Positions 30,184-32,000 of a DNA stretch of 32,000 nucleotides are shown one piece after another. A program made the position numbers and the translations under genes. The notes under the pieces are model-generated. The model did not search any database and had not been told where the DNA came from. It saw only the letters and a program-made list of their open reading frames with translations. Source of the stretch: Candidatus Methylomirabilis oxygeniifera (GTDB lineage Bacteria; Methylomirabilota; Methylomirabilia; Methylomirabilales; Methylomirabilaceae). The stretch's first letter is position 1. Each line of letters opens with the position of its first letter. The stretch is from NCBI GenBank assembly GCA_000091165.1, contig FP565575.1, forward strand, positions 1,320,001 to 1,352,000. Reading direction: 5' to 3'.

Positions 30184-30277
30184 GTCATTGCGAGGAGCGT
30201 AGCGACGAAGCAATCTCGCAGTCTTTTAGTAGGAGAACGGTGAGATTGCCGCGCTCCTGTTGGTCGCTCGCAATGAC
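30184..30277. repeat. Dispersed palindromic repeat, GTCATTGCGAG...CTCGCAATGAC type
   Basis: GTCATTGCGAGGAGCGTAGCGACGAAGCAATCTCGCAG...GGTGAGATTGCCGCGCTCCTGTTGGTCGCTCGCAATGAC. Confidence 0.9.
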
Positions 30278-30339
30278 AAAGCAACAATATTTGATGTATT
30301 TCCTACAGCGGTCCTGGACTCTCTTCCCTACACCCTGCC

Positions 30340-31746
30340 TTATACATGGAGGGCGCGTCCAAGGACGGCCAGGGCAGCCTCGCCCATCGCTTCGGAAAGC
30401 GTGGGATGGGCATGGATCGACTCGGCAATCTCCTCCGGAGTGGCCTCCATCGCGATCGCCAGGCCGGCCTCAGCAATCAGTTCGGTGGCATGGGCACCGA
30501 TAATGTGTACGCCCAGGATCTCTCCGTGTCTCGCATCCGCGATCACCTTGACCATCCCTTCGGTTTCGCCGAGGGTCATCGCCATCCCGCTGGCACTGAA
30601 AGGGAACCGACCGACGCGTATCGTGTGCCCCTCAGCCTTCGCCTTCGCCTCGGTCAAGCCGATGCTGGCAACCTGCGGATAGCAGTAGGTACAGCTTGGG
30701 ATCCTCCTGAGATCCGCCGACGCCGCATCCTCCAACTTGGCCATCTTTTCGACGGCCTTGATCCCATCGTGAGACGCCTTGTGGGCCAGGAGCGGCGCAC
30801 CGGCAAGATCGCCGATAGCATAGATGCCGGCAACACTGGACTCCATCTGCTCATTCACTGCGACAAATCCCTTCTTCGTGGCGACCCCCAGCTCTTTCAA
30901 GCCGCCTACCTCCGAGTTCGGTAGTCTACCGACCGCCACCAGGACCGTCTCGCCAAGCAACTCTTGGCTCTTGCCGTTGCTCGACACCCTGACCTTGGCC
31001 TGTCCCGCCTCAACGATTACCCGCTCTACGCTGGTGTTCGTAAGAATCTTGATCCCCTTCTTGGTCAACGCGCGGTGGAGCAGGGCCGTAATCTCCTCGT
31101 CCTCATACGGAAGGATCGTCGGGAGCAGTTCGACGAGCGTCACGGCCGTTCCATAGGCCTGATAGATATCGGCGAATTCTACGCCGATCGCTCCGGCACC
31201 GATGATGATCATCGAAGCGGGGACCCGAGTCAGCAGCATGGCTTCGGTACTGGTCAGTATGACCTTGCCATCGACTGTGACGTTAGGCAGTAGCCTGGGT
31301 CTCGATCCGGTTGCCAAAAGGATCCGTTCGGCGCGGATCCCCTCACTCCTCTTTCCGTCTCTGCCTGTGACCTCCAGTTCCCTGGCCGAGGTGAGGCGAG
31401 CCTCCCCGGAGAAGAGCGCGACTTTATTCTTACGCATCAGAAACTCAATACCCTTGGACAGCCGTTCGGCCTTCTCGCGGCTGCGCTTAACGGCAATGCC
31501 GAAGTCCGCCCTGAGGTTATCCGTGTGAATCCCGAACTCCCCGGCGCGGCGCATCAGGGACAGCACCTGTGAACTCTGAAGCAATGCCTTCGTCGGGATG
31601 CAACCCCAGTTGAGACAGACTCCACCCAAACGGTCCCGCTCGACGAGCGCCACCCGCATCCCGAGTTGTGCGGCGCGGATCGATGCAACGTAGCCGCCGG
31701 GACCCGCCCCGACCACTGCCAGATCAAATATTCGCTCGTCCACCAT
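30340..31746 (-). CDS. lpdA: Dihydrolipoyl dehydrogenase
   Basis: DLAVVGAGPGGYVASIRAAQLG, GGVCLNWGCIPTKALL (redox CxxxxC), C-terminal HAHPTLSEAM. Confidence 0.95.
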   Translation of the reverse strand: MVDERIFDLAVVGAGPGGYVASIRAAQLGMRVALVERDRLGGVCLNWGCIPTKALLQSSQVLSLMRRAGEFGIHTDNLRADFGIAVKRSREKAERLSKGIEFLMRKNKVALFSGEARLTSARELEVTGRDGKRSEGIRAERILLATGSRPRLLPNVTVDGKVILTSTEAMLLTRVPASMIIIGAGAIGVEFADIYQAYGTAVTLVELLPTILPYEDEEITALLHRALTKKGIKILTNTSVERVIVEAGQAKVRVSSNGKSQELLGETVLVAVGRLPNSEVGGLKELGVATKKGFVAVNEQMESSVAGIYAIGDLAGAPLLAHKASHDGIKAVEKMAKLEDAASADLRRIPSCTYCYPQVASIGLTEAKAKAEGHTIRVGRFPFSASGMAMTLGETEGMVKVIADARHGEILGVHIIGAHATELIAEAGLAIAMEATPEEIAESIHAHPTLSEAMGEAALAVLGRALHV

Positions 31747-31748
31747 CC

Positions 31749-32000
31749 CTACTCCGGCTGCACAACGAGCTGAAGCGGCTGTTCCAGCAGTCGTTTCACC
31801 TCTTGAAGGAATATCGCCCCGATTGCGCCATCCACCGCCCGATGATCACACGACAGTGTCATCCGCATCCGCTGGCCGATCTGCACATCTCCATTCGCCA
31901 CGACCGGCTTACTCTGTATCCTGCCGACGGCCAGGATGGCAGCCTCCGGAGGGTTGATGATCGCGGTGAACTCTTCTATCTCATACATGCCAAGGTTCGA
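31749..32000 (-). CDS. 2-oxoacid dehydrogenase E2 component (dihydrolipoamide acyltransferase), C-terminal part, runs off window
   Basis: SNLGMYEIEEFTAIINPPEAAILAVGRI...MRMTLSCDHRAVDGAIGAIFLQEVKRLLEQP. Confidence 0.92.
   Translation of the reverse strand, partial: SNLGMYEIEEFTAIINPPEAAILAVGRIQSKPVVANGDVQIGQRMRMTLSCDHRAVDGAIGAIFLQEVKRLLEQPLQLVVQPE

Noticed and set aside
30260-30682. Plus-strand ORF starting MVARNDKATIFDVF
   Set aside because: Begins inside the GTCATTGCGAG repeat and then runs antisense to lpdA; repeat-derived artefact.

Overview
The window is a gene-dense bacterial chromosomal segment, almost entirely transcribed from the minus strand. Recognisable modules are: (1) a tilS - ftsH - folP - cdaA - cdaR/ybbR - glmM - pdxJ - acpS - nnr(start) cluster; (2) a plus-strand FecR-like exported protein with a strong sigma70-type promoter, followed by a PP1/ApaH-like phosphatase, two hypotheticals, an M24 peptidase, thiC, rmuC and rtcB; (3) mqnC and mqnE of the futalosine menaquinone pathway, separated by a small accessory patch (DUF5615/DUF433 toxin-antitoxin-like pair, orphan HigA-like gene, dispersed repeats); (4) a complete System I cytochrome c maturation operon ccmABCDEFGH plus a CcmI-like stub; (5) lipB overlapping an HD-GYP response regulator, then lpd and the end of a 2-oxoacid dehydrogenase E2 gene. 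Nothing here supports a clearly new defence or biosynthetic system. The most unusual signal is in the gaps between genes. Several gene junctions are filled with degenerate tandem repeats of exactly 7-nt period (or 8-9 nt) in several unrelated sequence families, plus mosaic palindromic elements. These abut or supply start/stop codons of neighbouring genes (pdxJ, acpS, folP, rmuC, mqnE, the phosphatase gene, lipB). Other points of note: a CcmG-like thioredoxin with a C-F-P-A-C instead of CxxC active site, two inverted copies of a mosaic repeat about 12.5 kb apart, and a palindrome upstream of the FecR-like gene promoter. The organism is not identified from the sequence; gene content suggests a Gram-negative-type anaerobe or facultative respirer.
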